Shown here one piece after another: positions 38,926 through 48,636 of a stretch of DNA of 61,209 nucleotides. Under the pieces are notes generated by a model. It had not been told where the DNA came from. It did not search any database and worked only from the letters and a program-made list of their open reading frames with translations. How positions within the stretch are numbered: position 1 is the stretch's first letter; each line of letters starts with the position of its first letter. The position numbers and the translations under genes were made by a program. The stretch comes from Candidatus Zhuqueibacterota bacterium (GTDB taxonomy: Bacteria > BS750m-G25), in assembly GCA_016783505.1 (NCBI GenBank), contig JADHWK010000010.1, positions 1 through 61,209 on the forward strand. Reading direction: 5' to 3'.

Positions 38926-39831
38926 ATGAAGAGCGTTGTGACCGGGGGTTCAGGATTTTTAGGAAGCCATGTGGCTGATGCCTTAAGCGAAAGCGGGCAC
39001 GATGTTACCATCTTTGATAGGGTTGTGTCTCCCTACCTGAGAAAAGATCAAAAAATGGTCGTTGGTGATGTCTCTAACCAAGAGGAAGTCAGAGATGTTA
39101 TAAATGGTAATGATGTTGTTTTTCATTTCGCTGGAATTGCCGATATCCACGAAGCTATTGATAATCCTGTCGATACTGTAAAATATAATATTCTAGGCAC
39201 AACGTTTTTGTTAGATGCCTGCAGGGAATTCGGTGTAAAAAGATTTGTATATGCCAGTACGATTTATGTATACAGTGATCGCGGATCTTTTTATCGAAGC
39301 ACTAAACAGGCTTCCGAGTTATTAATTGAAAATTATAAAAAAATTTATGATTTAGATTTTACTATTTTAAGATTTGGTTCTCTATACGGTAGAAGGGCAA
39401 ATCAATTCAATTTTATTTATTCAATAATTTGCCAAGCCTTATTAGAAGGGAAAATACAGAGAAAAAGCGATGGGGAAGAGATTAGAGACTATATTAATGT
39501 CAGAGACGCTGCAAAAGCCTGCGTCGATATACTGGATAAAGAATATGAAAATCAGTATATCATGCTTACCGGAATTCAGACGATAAAAATAAAAGATCTT
39601 TTAAAAATGATCAAAGAAATCTTTAATAATGAGATCGAAATAGAATATTTAGATCAGAGAATCGAGGAACATTACGAAATCACCCCTTATACATTCAGAC
39701 CGCGGGTGGCCAGAAAATATATCCCAAAGGATCAGTATGATTTAGGACAGGGGATATTAGACTGTATATATGATGTTTATAAGGAAATAAATAATTCATC
39801 GGAAACGGATAAGATCAAGATCAGATTATAG
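38926..39831 (+). CDS. NAD-dependent epimerase/dehydratase (extended SDR)
   Basis: VTGGSGFLGSH, HFAG, YRSTK, LRFGSLYG, RDYINVRD. Confidence 0.9.
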   Translation: MKSVVTGGSGFLGSHVADALSESGHDVTIFDRVVSPYLRKDQKMVVGDVSNQEEVRDVINGNDVVFHFAGIADIHEAIDNPVDTVKYNILGTTFLLDACREFGVKRFVYASTIYVYSDRGSFYRSTKQASELLIENYKKIYDLDFTILRFGSLYGRRANQFNFIYSIICQALLEGKIQRKSDGEEIRDYINVRDAAKACVDILDKEYENQYIMLTGIQTIKIKDLLKMIKEIFNNEIEIEYLDQRIEEHYEITPYTFRPRVARKYIPKDQYDLGQGILDCIYDVYKEINNSSETDKIKIRL

Positions 39832-39855
39832 TAAGAATGAGAAGTGGGTGGCGAG

Positions 39856-40797
39856 ATGAGTACATACTTAGTCACGGGTGCGGCAGGTTTTATCGGTAGC
39901 GTCTTGGCAAAAAAATTGGTTGAAATGGGCCATGAGGTTTACACCATAGATAATTTATCGACCGGTTTCAGAGAAAATATTCCGGAACTGGTCGAATTTA
40001 TTGAAGGAAATTGCCAGGATAAAAATATTATAGAAGAATTAAACAATGTTCATTTTGACGCGATCTTTCATTTAGCGGGACAGAGCTCAGGCGAAATTTC
40101 ATTTGATGATCCAGTCTATGATCTTCAGACGAATACACAATCCAGCCTGTTGTTGTTGGATTATGCACTGAAAACAGAATGTAAAAAGGTTATCTATGCC
40201 AGCACTATGTCGGTTTACGGGGAACAGCCCGACGAGCCGATTCGTGAAACAAACAGATTGATTCCTAAATCATTTTATGCTGTCGGGAAGATTGCCAGTG
40301 AGCATTATTTAAGAATATACAGCGAATATGGTCTGCATACCACGGCTCTTCGGCTGTTCAATGTGTATGGCCCTGGACAGAATATGAAGAATCTCAGACA
40401 GGGCATGGTGAGCATCTTTTTAGCGCAGGCAATTGATAACAGGCATATTCATGTTAAAGGCAGTTCTGAACGCTATCGGGATTTCGTCCATATCGATGAC
40501 GTGGTCCAGGCCTTCTTGATGGCAAACGAAGATAGGAGGGCAGGTTACAACTGCTATAATGTGGGCACAGGTGTCCGACATACCGTAGGCAATCTCATTG
40601 AAAAAATCCTTGCCCATCTTCCGTTTGATGTCACAGTCGAGTATTCGGGATCTACACCTGGAGATCAGTTCGGGATTTATGCGGATATTCAAAAAATAAG
40701 AAACGAAATCGGGTGGAGCTGCCATATATCATTCGATGAGGGCCTGAAGAGGATGACAGAGTGGGCTATCAGAGCAAAGGAACTAAATCATGGATAA
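39856..40797 (+). CDS. NAD-dependent epimerase/dehydratase (extended SDR)
   Basis: VTGAAGFIGS, HLAGQS, YAVGK, RLFNVYGPGQ, RDFVHIDD. Confidence 0.9.
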   Translation: MSTYLVTGAAGFIGSVLAKKLVEMGHEVYTIDNLSTGFRENIPELVEFIEGNCQDKNIIEELNNVHFDAIFHLAGQSSGEISFDDPVYDLQTNTQSSLLLLDYALKTECKKVIYASTMSVYGEQPDEPIRETNRLIPKSFYAVGKIASEHYLRIYSEYGLHTTALRLFNVYGPGQNMKNLRQGMVSIFLAQAIDNRHIHVKGSSERYRDFVHIDDVVQAFLMANEDRRAGYNCYNVGTGVRHTVGNLIEKILAHLPFDVTVEYSGSTPGDQFGIYADIQKIRNEIGWSCHISFDEGLKRMTEWAIRAKELNHG

Positions 40798-41713
40798 TCC
40801 GAGATGCAGATCTTGCAACGCCGAAGAAGAGTATCAGGTTATCAGAGCGCATCATGTATTCGGAAGTGATGGAAATCATCGGTTCTGGGAATGCGAAAAA
40901 TGCGGATTAATATATTTATGGCCGGTGCCGACAGTTGAGCAAGAAAGGATATTTTACTCGCAAGAATTTGAGAAATTCATGGAAAAGCGATCGGGTGGTG
41001 ACCGGGACTGGTCAGGTCCAGAGGCTCATATAATGACTAACAATGATCATGTCGAGAGAAGACTGAAAATTATGAAAGATGATTTGCTACCCGGAAAGGA
41101 CATACTGGAAATTGGGTGCTCATCCGGATTTATGTTGGACGCGTTCAAAGAACTCGGCATGAATCCAATCGGTATCGAACCTTCCGGTTCATTTTCGAAT
41201 TTTCTATCAAATCGGAGCCATATTTCTTATTCCAGTATTGAAGAATTGCACAAGGAAAAACAGGAAATGAAGTTCGATCTGATCGTTCATTTCTTTGTGC
41301 TCGAACATATCCGGGATACGAAGGGTTTTATTCAAGAACAGCTCAGTATGTTGAAACCTGAAGGCATGATTATTTCTGAGGTTCCATGTGTCATGGATCC
41401 CTTGATTACATTATACAAAATATCTGCCTTTGATCAATTCTACTGGTCCATCGCTCACCACTATTATTTTTCTGAAAAGTCGTTGTCTTATATTTTGGAT
41501 CAACTGGATTGTGTTTATGAATATGTCCCGGAACAACGATATGATTTATCAAATCATATGGTATGGATGCTGGAGGGGAAGCCAGGCGGACAAGGTAAGT
41601 ATGATAACGTTTTTTCTAAAGATACTTTAAGATTTTATAAAAGGGATCTTATAAAAAATAATACCTTTGATACATTCTTTGTGTTCATAAAGAAAAAAGA
41701 TAATACAAATTGA
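40790..41713 (+). CDS. Class I SAM-dependent methyltransferase with CxxC..CxxC motif
   Basis: CRSC, CEKC, LEIGCSSG, FVLEHI, LKPEG..EVP. Confidence 0.87.
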   Translation: MDNPRCRSCNAEEEYQVIRAHHVFGSDGNHRFWECEKCGLIYLWPVPTVEQERIFYSQEFEKFMEKRSGGDRDWSGPEAHIMTNNDHVERRLKIMKDDLLPGKDILEIGCSSGFMLDAFKELGMNPIGIEPSGSFSNFLSNRSHISYSSIEELHKEKQEMKFDLIVHFFVLEHIRDTKGFIQEQLSMLKPEGMIISEVPCVMDPLITLYKISAFDQFYWSIAHHYYFSEKSLSYILDQLDCVYEYVPEQRYDLSNHMVWMLEGKPGGQGKYDNVFSKDTLRFYKRDLIKNNTFDTFFVFIKKKDNTN

Positions 41714-41759
41714 TATTCATTTAAAACACAAAATTAGTTGTAACGTTTTAATATAGAGT

Positions 41760-43472
41760 ATGAGAATCGATTTAAGGTTTAAAGGTAAGTTAAATTCGGA
41801 AATATCGGATATATTTAATAATATTGCCTATCGAATGCGTAGGTCTTTTACAGACTTCATTTCGGAATTATCAGAACCTCTAAGGGATAATATCCATTGG
41901 TGGGTTGAAGGACCTGCTAGTCGAAATACACTTGTAAGCCCATTGTTTCATTATTACTGTTCTTTATTTCTTATCGAGGAAATAATCAACAAAAAGGAAA
42001 AGAAAATTTCTAAAATAATTGTGGATTCCGTGGCCTTTAAGACGGTAGTCCTTAATCTATTGAGGCGGCATGAAAAGAAAGATATCAGGATCGAATACGC
42101 CGTGACGGGAAAAAATCTCTTAAAAAGATGGTTAATACAATATCTCTACATTTATTACATTATTTTTAAAAAGGCATTTCAAATATGGTGTGCCCGAAGA
42201 ACAGCAGTACGCGTAAAGGAATTTCCAAAAAGACCATTAACTTTAATCGATACGTTTGTATTTCCGGAATTTCTCAAGAAAGATCATTATTATCCCGGAC
42301 TATGGGAGGCATTGGATAAAGATCAAAAAAGAGATACTTTTTTTGTGCCTACTCTATCAATGCTGCCAGTGAAGACCTTTTTGCCGATTTACAGGCGAAT
42401 AAGGGATTCCGAAAAAAATTATCTCATAAAAGAAGATTTCTTAAAGATTTATGATACCTTAATAGGCTTTAAACATCTTTTCAAGATTAAAAAGTTGCCG
42501 TTCAAAAGGTGTAATGTATTAAACATTGATATGTCCTGTATCATTCAGGAAGAATTAAGGTCTTTGAAAGGTTTTTCTCACGCTATAGATTCTTTGCTTA
42601 ATTACTGTTTTGTAAAACGGTTAAAGGAGAAAGGTATAAAAATACGCCTGACCGTTGATTGGTTTGAAAATCAAGCATTAGACAAAGGATGGAACTTAGG
42701 ATTTAACGAATTTTATCCTGAAGCGAAAAAAACTGGCTATCGTGGTTTCATTCCGAGCCCTTTATACTTATGTGCCTATCCATCGCAGGTAGAAAAAGAA
42801 ATAAAATGTATACCTTCAACTGTTTATGTAATCGGGAAGGGATTCATACATGAAACGAAAGAATTCGTAAATGGATTAGACGTATGCAGTGCACCTGCGT
42901 TTAGATATGATCATCTATGGGCAGGAAGGAATATAAACACCGATAATAATAAGATAATTATTGCTATAGCTTTAACGATAATGCCTGAGGAATCATTGCA
43001 TATATTAGGCATGGTTAAAGATAGTCTAAAATCGATAGATGAAGAGAATGTCATTTTTTGGGTTAAGCCTCATCCAACGATGTCAGATACTATTTTAAAA
43101 CGGAGATTCTATGATTCCTGGCCGGATAAATTTATTATCGTTAAAGGGAAATCCAAAGATTATTTGGGAAAAGCCGACATTTTGATAAGCGGGATGTCGG
43201 GTATTTGCTTGGAATCTATTGTATTAGGAGTCCCCGTAATTGTAGTAAACCATCATCACGGATTTATTTATGACGTAATACCGCATGAGGTACCAAAGCA
43301 TATGTGGATCAATTGCAAATCGAATGAAGAGATTGGTGCTGCCATAAATAATTTCATCGGCAGATCCGAAGAAGAGAAAAGAAAGTATAAAGGAATAGAG
43401 GAGAAAATAAAGAGTAATTATTTTTCGCCCGTCACGAAAAAAGGCGTATTAGCATTTTTAGATTTGAATTAA
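41760..43472 (+). CDS. Hypothetical surface-carbohydrate biosynthesis protein (putative GT-B transferase)
   Basis: WW..ASRN, D.YYPGL, WFENQ..DK, APAFRY, VKPHP, LES..LGVPV. Confidence 0.6.
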   Translation: MRIDLRFKGKLNSEISDIFNNIAYRMRRSFTDFISELSEPLRDNIHWWVEGPASRNTLVSPLFHYYCSLFLIEEIINKKEKKISKIIVDSVAFKTVVLNLLRRHEKKDIRIEYAVTGKNLLKRWLIQYLYIYYIIFKKAFQIWCARRTAVRVKEFPKRPLTLIDTFVFPEFLKKDHYYPGLWEALDKDQKRDTFFVPTLSMLPVKTFLPIYRRIRDSEKNYLIKEDFLKIYDTLIGFKHLFKIKKLPFKRCNVLNIDMSCIIQEELRSLKGFSHAIDSLLNYCFVKRLKEKGIKIRLTVDWFENQALDKGWNLGFNEFYPEAKKTGYRGFIPSPLYLCAYPSQVEKEIKCIPSTVYVIGKGFIHETKEFVNGLDVCSAPAFRYDHLWAGRNINTDNNKIIIAIALTIMPEESLHILGMVKDSLKSIDEENVIFWVKPHPTMSDTILKRRFYDSWPDKFIIVKGKSKDYLGKADILISGMSGICLESIVLGVPVIVVNHHHGFIYDVIPHEVPKHMWINCKSNEEIGAAINNFIGRSEEEKRKYKGIEEKIKSNYFSPVTKKGVLAFLDLN

Positions 43473-43710
43473 CAGATGCCCAATAAAAAAATTGGTAACA
43501 GTTTAGGGTTTTCAAGAGGCCGAATTATCGTCTTGTTGATCGTTTAAAGGAGAAAGGGGACGATGACTGTTTCTGGAAGGCGCTATCTCATAGAAAACTG
43601 CCACATACCTTTGTCGCGGCGAAAAGATGGGATTAGATGCGATGACTTATTAGAGCTAACGATGTTTTTGAATGATATTAGAATAGACAATGAACATTGA
43701 TGGGAAATAA

Positions 43711-44484
43711 ATGAAAGTAATAATTCTCTGTGGCGGGTTTGGTACAAGACTTAGAGAAGAGACCGATGTAAAACCAAAACCGATGGTTGAGATCGGAGGA
43801 ATGCCAATCCTCTGGCATATTATGAAGGGATATGCACACTACGGGTTTAATGAGTTTATTCTGTGCTTGGGTTATAAGGGAGAGGTGATAAAAAATTTTT
43901 TTTATAACTATGAAATGCTGACGAACGATTTTACCATCGAGCTCGGAACAAAGAAGGTTGAGATTTTTCCCCAGCATTCAGAACAGGGATGGAAAGTGAC
44001 GCTTGTCAACACCGGCATTAACGCTATGACGGGCGCACGGATAAAGCGGGTTGAAAGGTTTGTTGACGGTGATATTTTCATGTTAACCTATGGTGATGGT
44101 GTAACTGATTTAAATATTAAAGAATTATTGGCTTTTCATAAGAGTCATGAAAAAATCGGCACTGTTACAGGCGTATCTCCCCCCTCCCGATACGGAGAAT
44201 TATTGATTAAAGAAGATCACGTACTGTCATTTACGGAAAAACCCATCAACCCGAATAGTTCAATCAATGGAGGATACTTTGTTTTCAAGAAAGAGTTTTT
44301 CAATTATCTAAAATATGAAGATGATTGTGTTCTTGAAAAGGAGCCCTTTGAAAGATTGGCCCATGATGGTGAACTAAAAGTATTCAACCACAACGGTTTC
44401 TGGCAATGTATGGATACATATAGGGATATGCGATATCTGGTTGAGCTATGGGAGAAGGGTAACGCGCCATGGAAAAAGGATTAG
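43711..44484 (+). CDS. rfbF: Glucose-1-phosphate cytidylyltransferase
   Basis: ILCGGFGTRLREET..KPKPMVEIG..PILWHIMK, MLTYGDG, INGGYF, GFWQCMDT, APWK. Confidence 0.95.
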   Translation: MKVIILCGGFGTRLREETDVKPKPMVEIGGMPILWHIMKGYAHYGFNEFILCLGYKGEVIKNFFYNYEMLTNDFTIELGTKKVEIFPQHSEQGWKVTLVNTGINAMTGARIKRVERFVDGDIFMLTYGDGVTDLNIKELLAFHKSHEKIGTVTGVSPPSRYGELLIKEDHVLSFTEKPINPNSSINGGYFVFKKEFFNYLKYEDDCVLEKEPFERLAHDGELKVFNHNGFWQCMDTYRDMRYLVELWEKGNAPWKKD

Positions 44485-44727
44485 TTATGTTCTTTTCTTA
44501 CTCAGCATCCCTGGCTCTTATAATATCACCTACACCATCTGTATAAAACAGCCACGTTGTTAGCGTGTTGAAAATCATTCCGGTGGTTAAATCTCACTAT
44601 ATTTGTAAAGTGTATCTTATTATTGACAGGCCCATCCGTACCCATTTCAAGTCCCGACTATCCGTCAGAAAACCAAAATTCAAAAATAGCACGAGACCGG
44701 ACAAAAACCAAGGGATGAAGAGGACAA

Positions 44728-45831
44728 TTGATGTTTAAGGGATTCTATAATGGCAAAAAAGTTCTCGTAACCGGACACACTGGGTTCAAGGGCTCGTGGC
44801 TTTCTCTATGGTTATCGGAGCTTGAAGCAAATGTGGCTGGATTCTCTGCTTATCTTCCTTCAAGCCCCTGCAATTTCGAAGTTTTGGGTCTCGAGAGGCT
44901 ACTCAAACACATTGAAGGGGACGTCCGAAATTTCGATCAGATTAAGCGGGCATTTGATTCTTTCCAACCAGAGATTGTTTTCCATCTCGCAGGGCAACCT
45001 CTCGTTCGGCGCTCTTATAGTGAGCCGAAGAAGACATTCGAGACTAACGTTATGGGTACCGTTAATGTCCTCGAGTGTATTCGGCAAAGTGATCGTGTTA
45101 ATGTATCCGTAATGATCACAAGCGATAAATGCTATCGGAATCTTGAATGGGTATGGGGATATAGGGAGGATGATCAATTAGGCGGGGGAGACCCTTACAG
45201 CGCTTCAAAAGGCTGCGCCGAAATGGTTATCAACGCTTACTGGCAGTCTTTTTTTGAAAGAGGAAACAAGGTTAAAGTAGGTTCTACAAGAGCCGGTAAT
45301 GTTATTGGCGGTGGTGACTGGGGAGAAGATAGGATTGTACCCGATTGCGTCCGTGCCTGGGCCCAATCGGAGCCAGTTAACATCCGAAATCCGCATGCAA
45401 CAAGGCCATGGCAGTTCGTGCTTGAGCCTTTAAGCGGCTATCTATGGCTTGGGGCCCTGATGGGCACCGGTGATTTGAGGGGCGGGGGAGCCTTCAACTT
45501 CGGCCCGAAAGATAACGTCATTCAACCCGTAGATTCGCTGATCGAAGCATTTCAGAAATACTGGGAAGGGGCGAAATGGCAGCTAAAAGAGGGAAACTCA
45601 ATGAAAAAAGAAAGCAGCCTGCTCAAATTGTGCTGCGACAAGGCCCTGGCATGTTTGAACTGGCAGTCCATATTGTCGTTTGAAGAAACGGTTGAATTCA
45701 CTGCATCATGGTACCGGAATTTTTATCAACAGGATGCAAACATACTGACATACTCAAGGCGGCAAATAGAGGAATACTGTTCGCTGGGCAAAGAGAGAAG
45801 GATGGGTTGGGCAGAAAGGGAAGAAAGATGA
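44728..45831 (+). CDS. rfbG: CDP-glucose 4,6-dehydratase
   Basis: VTGHTGFKGSWL, HLAGQPLVRRSY, TSDKCY, DPYSASK, RAGNVIGGGDW, RPWQFVLEPLSGY. Confidence 0.95.
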   Translation: MMFKGFYNGKKVLVTGHTGFKGSWLSLWLSELEANVAGFSAYLPSSPCNFEVLGLERLLKHIEGDVRNFDQIKRAFDSFQPEIVFHLAGQPLVRRSYSEPKKTFETNVMGTVNVLECIRQSDRVNVSVMITSDKCYRNLEWVWGYREDDQLGGGDPYSASKGCAEMVINAYWQSFFERGNKVKVGSTRAGNVIGGGDWGEDRIVPDCVRAWAQSEPVNIRNPHATRPWQFVLEPLSGYLWLGALMGTGDLRGGGAFNFGPKDNVIQPVDSLIEAFQKYWEGAKWQLKEGNSMKKESSLLKLCCDKALACLNWQSILSFEETVEFTASWYRNFYQQDANILTYSRRQIEEYCSLGKERRMGWAEREER

Positions 45832-46277
45832 TAGACGGTGTCATCATATCGCCTTTAAAACAGATAATGGATGAAAGAGGTAAGGTGATGCACATGCTTA
45901 GATGCGATGCAAGCGTGTTCACGGGCTTCGGGGAAATGTACTTTTCCTGCATCTTTCCCGGAGCGATCAAGGGGTGGCACCTGCATAAGCAAATGACGAT
46001 CAACTACGCCGTCCCGCACGGGCAAATTAAATTCGTATTATACGACGACCGGGTCAACAGCCCTACAAAAGGCGAAATCCAGGAGGTTTTCCTGGGACCC
46101 GACAGGTACAACCTCGTGACGGTTCCCCCGTTCATCTGGAATGGGTTTAAGGGCATCGGTACGGATATGGCTATTGTGGCAAATTGTGCATCGATTCCCC
46201 ATGATCCGGAGGAAATTGAACGATTGGATCCATTTGATGAATCTATTCCCTATGATTGGGGGATAAAACACGGATGA
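45828..46277 (+). CDS. RmlC-like cupin NDP-4-keto-6-deoxyhexose epimerase
   Basis: MIDGV, DERG, FGEMYFS, IKGWHLH, VPP..WNGF; ATGA overlap with the rfbG stop. Confidence 0.85.
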   Translation: MIDGVIISPLKQIMDERGKVMHMLRCDASVFTGFGEMYFSCIFPGAIKGWHLHKQMTINYAVPHGQIKFVLYDDRVNSPTKGEIQEVFLGPDRYNLVTVPPFIWNGFKGIGTDMAIVANCASIPHDPEEIERLDPFDESIPYDWGIKHG

Positions 46278-47251
46278 TCGGTACTGTGCTGATTACAGGA
46301 GGTCTGGGATACCTTGGTGGCAGGATTGGAAAATTTCTCTCAGAGAATACAGAATTACGTTTAAAACTTTCAACCCGAAAGTCATCCTTTAACACCCCGA
46401 ACTGGTTGAGAAATGGAATAATCAAAAGACTGGATCTAAATAAAAAAAAAGATCTCGAATCGGCATGTGAAGATGTGCTGTGTGTTGTTCATCTTGCCGC
46501 GCTAAATGAAGTAGAAAGCATTAAAGACCCTGAACTAGCCCTTACAGTGAATGGGCTTTATACCTTGAAACTTCTCAAAGCTGCACAAAAATCAGGAGCA
46601 GAGCGTTTTATCTATTTCTCCACCGCTCATGTCTATGGGGCGCCGCTAAAGGGGACTATAACCGAAAATCTTCTCCCGCGACCTATTCATCCATATGCCA
46701 TTAGCCATAGGGTGGCAGAAGATGTTGTTCTTGCCGCCCATGCTCTGAAGGATATCACTGGCATAGTAATACGCCTGTCAAATGGTTTTGGCGCGCCAGT
46801 TAGCACTGAAGTAAATCGTTGGTCACTTATTGTCAACGATCTCTGCCGCCAGGCAGTTACCACTGGAAAGCTTATTCTTCGCACATCCGGGTTGCAAAAA
46901 CGAGATTTTATTTCACTAACTGATGTTTGTAGGGCGGTATTGCATTTTTTAAACTTACCGGATGATCAATGTGGAAATGGACTTTTCAATCTTGGGGGTG
47001 AGTATTGCATTAAGGTCATTGAAATGGCAGAGCTTATAGCAGATAGGTGTTTCCATCTGTTTAATTTTAGACCTGAAATCAAACGACCAATGCCTCATCC
47101 AGATGAAACTTCTGATTATTTAGAGTACTGCATAGATAAGATCAAATCAACTGGTTTCAAACCGATAGGAAATTTTGAGGAAGAGATTGATTCAACCTTA
47201 TTACTCTGTCAAAAAGAGTGTTCCAAGTCCAAATCGATTCCGACGTGGTAG
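46274..47251 (+). CDS. NAD-dependent epimerase/4-ketoreductase (extended SDR)
   Basis: ITGGLGYLGG, HLAA, FSTAHVYG, YAISH (YxxxH variant), RLSNGFG, RDFI. Confidence 0.85.
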   Translation: MIGTVLITGGLGYLGGRIGKFLSENTELRLKLSTRKSSFNTPNWLRNGIIKRLDLNKKKDLESACEDVLCVVHLAALNEVESIKDPELALTVNGLYTLKLLKAAQKSGAERFIYFSTAHVYGAPLKGTITENLLPRPIHPYAISHRVAEDVVLAAHALKDITGIVIRLSNGFGAPVSTEVNRWSLIVNDLCRQAVTTGKLILRTSGLQKRDFISLTDVCRAVLHFLNLPDDQCGNGLFNLGGEYCIKVIEMAELIADRCFHLFNFRPEIKRPMPHPDETSDYLEYCIDKIKSTGFKPIGNFEEEIDSTLLLCQKECSKSKSIPTW

Positions 47252-47285
47252 AGATAAAATTGCTCAAAGGGTATAGTCTATTTCT

Positions 47286-48587
47286 ATGTCAATTTCAGAT
47301 ATAATTGTCATTACTACAATTATCCTTTTAGTTCCTAAATTGGTAGAAAAATATTTAGGGAGATATGGATTTGTTCGGGAAGTTCGCATGGTCATTATGT
47401 TTGGCGGTATGTTGTGGGTAGCTTTGTCCTGTGGCCATGAGAGTATGCATTGGGTTATTGGTACGGCCGATTCGGATGCAGTGAAGTTCGAGTCGTGGTG
47501 GTACCCTATGCTTGTAAAGTATATGGAATCGGGCAATCATAAGGATCTGGTGGGAAAATTGCTAACCCCTGGACGATTTTTTTATGTAACCTATCAAGCC
47601 ATTTTATATTACTATACAGGCATAACGGTTATTTCGATACTGGGTATTAACGCTTTCATGGCCTTTTGGGGCGGGCTTACCCTGACGCGCCTTATATATT
47701 CCTTTTCGGCACTCCAGCCGCCCAGAAGAGATGTTCTCCCCCTCTTCATAATTTTTACGCCGTCTGTTGTGTTTTGGAGCTCTGCAAATCTGAAAGAAGC
47801 ACTAATGTATTGGTCCATATGCCAAGTTCTTAACTTTATGATGCCAGCAAGAACCAGTAATGGAGAAAATATCAACTTTGGGTTGTTTGCTTTAGGGGCA
47901 TTTCTGGGATCGCTCTTACGCCCGCATTTAATAATAATATGGTTGTTTGGTGTCTTAATAATCAAAATGTTCCAGCCTCGTTTCTGGAAATACTTGATTG
48001 TGATAATCTTGCTTTCCCTGTTAGTTATACCACAGATTGACAAAAGATTTGGATTAGGTAAACTTGTTAAACATCCAATAGCTTCCGTAGTAGCGTATAA
48101 AGAAAGTGCTGAGTGGAAGTATCGACAATTTGTTATGCGTGCGAAAATGCGTCCGAGTATTGGATCTACCTTTACATATGGTGGAGGCCGACCGATCCCC
48201 ATTTTGCACGGCGCGATAAATAGTTTGTTCCGCCCTTTCCTTTGGCAAGTGAGAAATTTACGTTCGATGCTTACTGGCCTTGAGATTTGGACCATCTCCC
48301 TATGCATCATGTTTCTATGGATGCGGATGACTGCAATTGAATGGCGATCGATTCTGCGTAATCCCTTAATAAAACTGGCCATATTAGTTTGCATCCCTTT
48401 TTTCCTCTTTTTTTCCTATACGCCAAACGAAGGGTGGATAGCAAGACAACGCGTCCAAATGTTCCCAGCCCTACTGATAATGCTTTCAATTCCAGTTTTG
48501 CAGCGACGATACTACATCTCTATGGGCAAAATCAAAACACATCGATTTAGAAAGACAATCCATATTACGCAAGGCCAGACTTGCTGA
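47286..48587 (+). CDS. Multi-pass membrane protein (possible Wzy-like polymerase or GT-C fold protein)
   Basis: About 10 hydrophobic segments; PSVVFWSSANLKEA, LRPH, RPFLWQ, RQRVQMFP. Confidence 0.6.
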   Translation: MSISDIIVITTIILLVPKLVEKYLGRYGFVREVRMVIMFGGMLWVALSCGHESMHWVIGTADSDAVKFESWWYPMLVKYMESGNHKDLVGKLLTPGRFFYVTYQAILYYYTGITVISILGINAFMAFWGGLTLTRLIYSFSALQPPRRDVLPLFIIFTPSVVFWSSANLKEALMYWSICQVLNFMMPARTSNGENINFGLFALGAFLGSLLRPHLIIIWLFGVLIIKMFQPRFWKYLIVIILLSLLVIPQIDKRFGLGKLVKHPIASVVAYKESAEWKYRQFVMRAKMRPSIGSTFTYGGGRPIPILHGAINSLFRPFLWQVRNLRSMLTGLEIWTISLCIMFLWMRMTAIEWRSILRNPLIKLAILVCIPFFLFFSYTPNEGWIARQRVQMFPALLIMLSIPVLQRRYYISMGKIKTHRFRKTIHITQGQTC

Positions 48588-48636
48588 TGGCCCATTTCCT
48601 TTTCTTGTTGTTAGGCATTTCAATGACAAATTAATT

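Noticed and set aside
47612-48394. 260-aa minus-strand ORF
   Set aside because: Lies wholly antisense to the membrane protein gene and has no motifs; treated as a shadow ORF like the other short minus-strand ORFs
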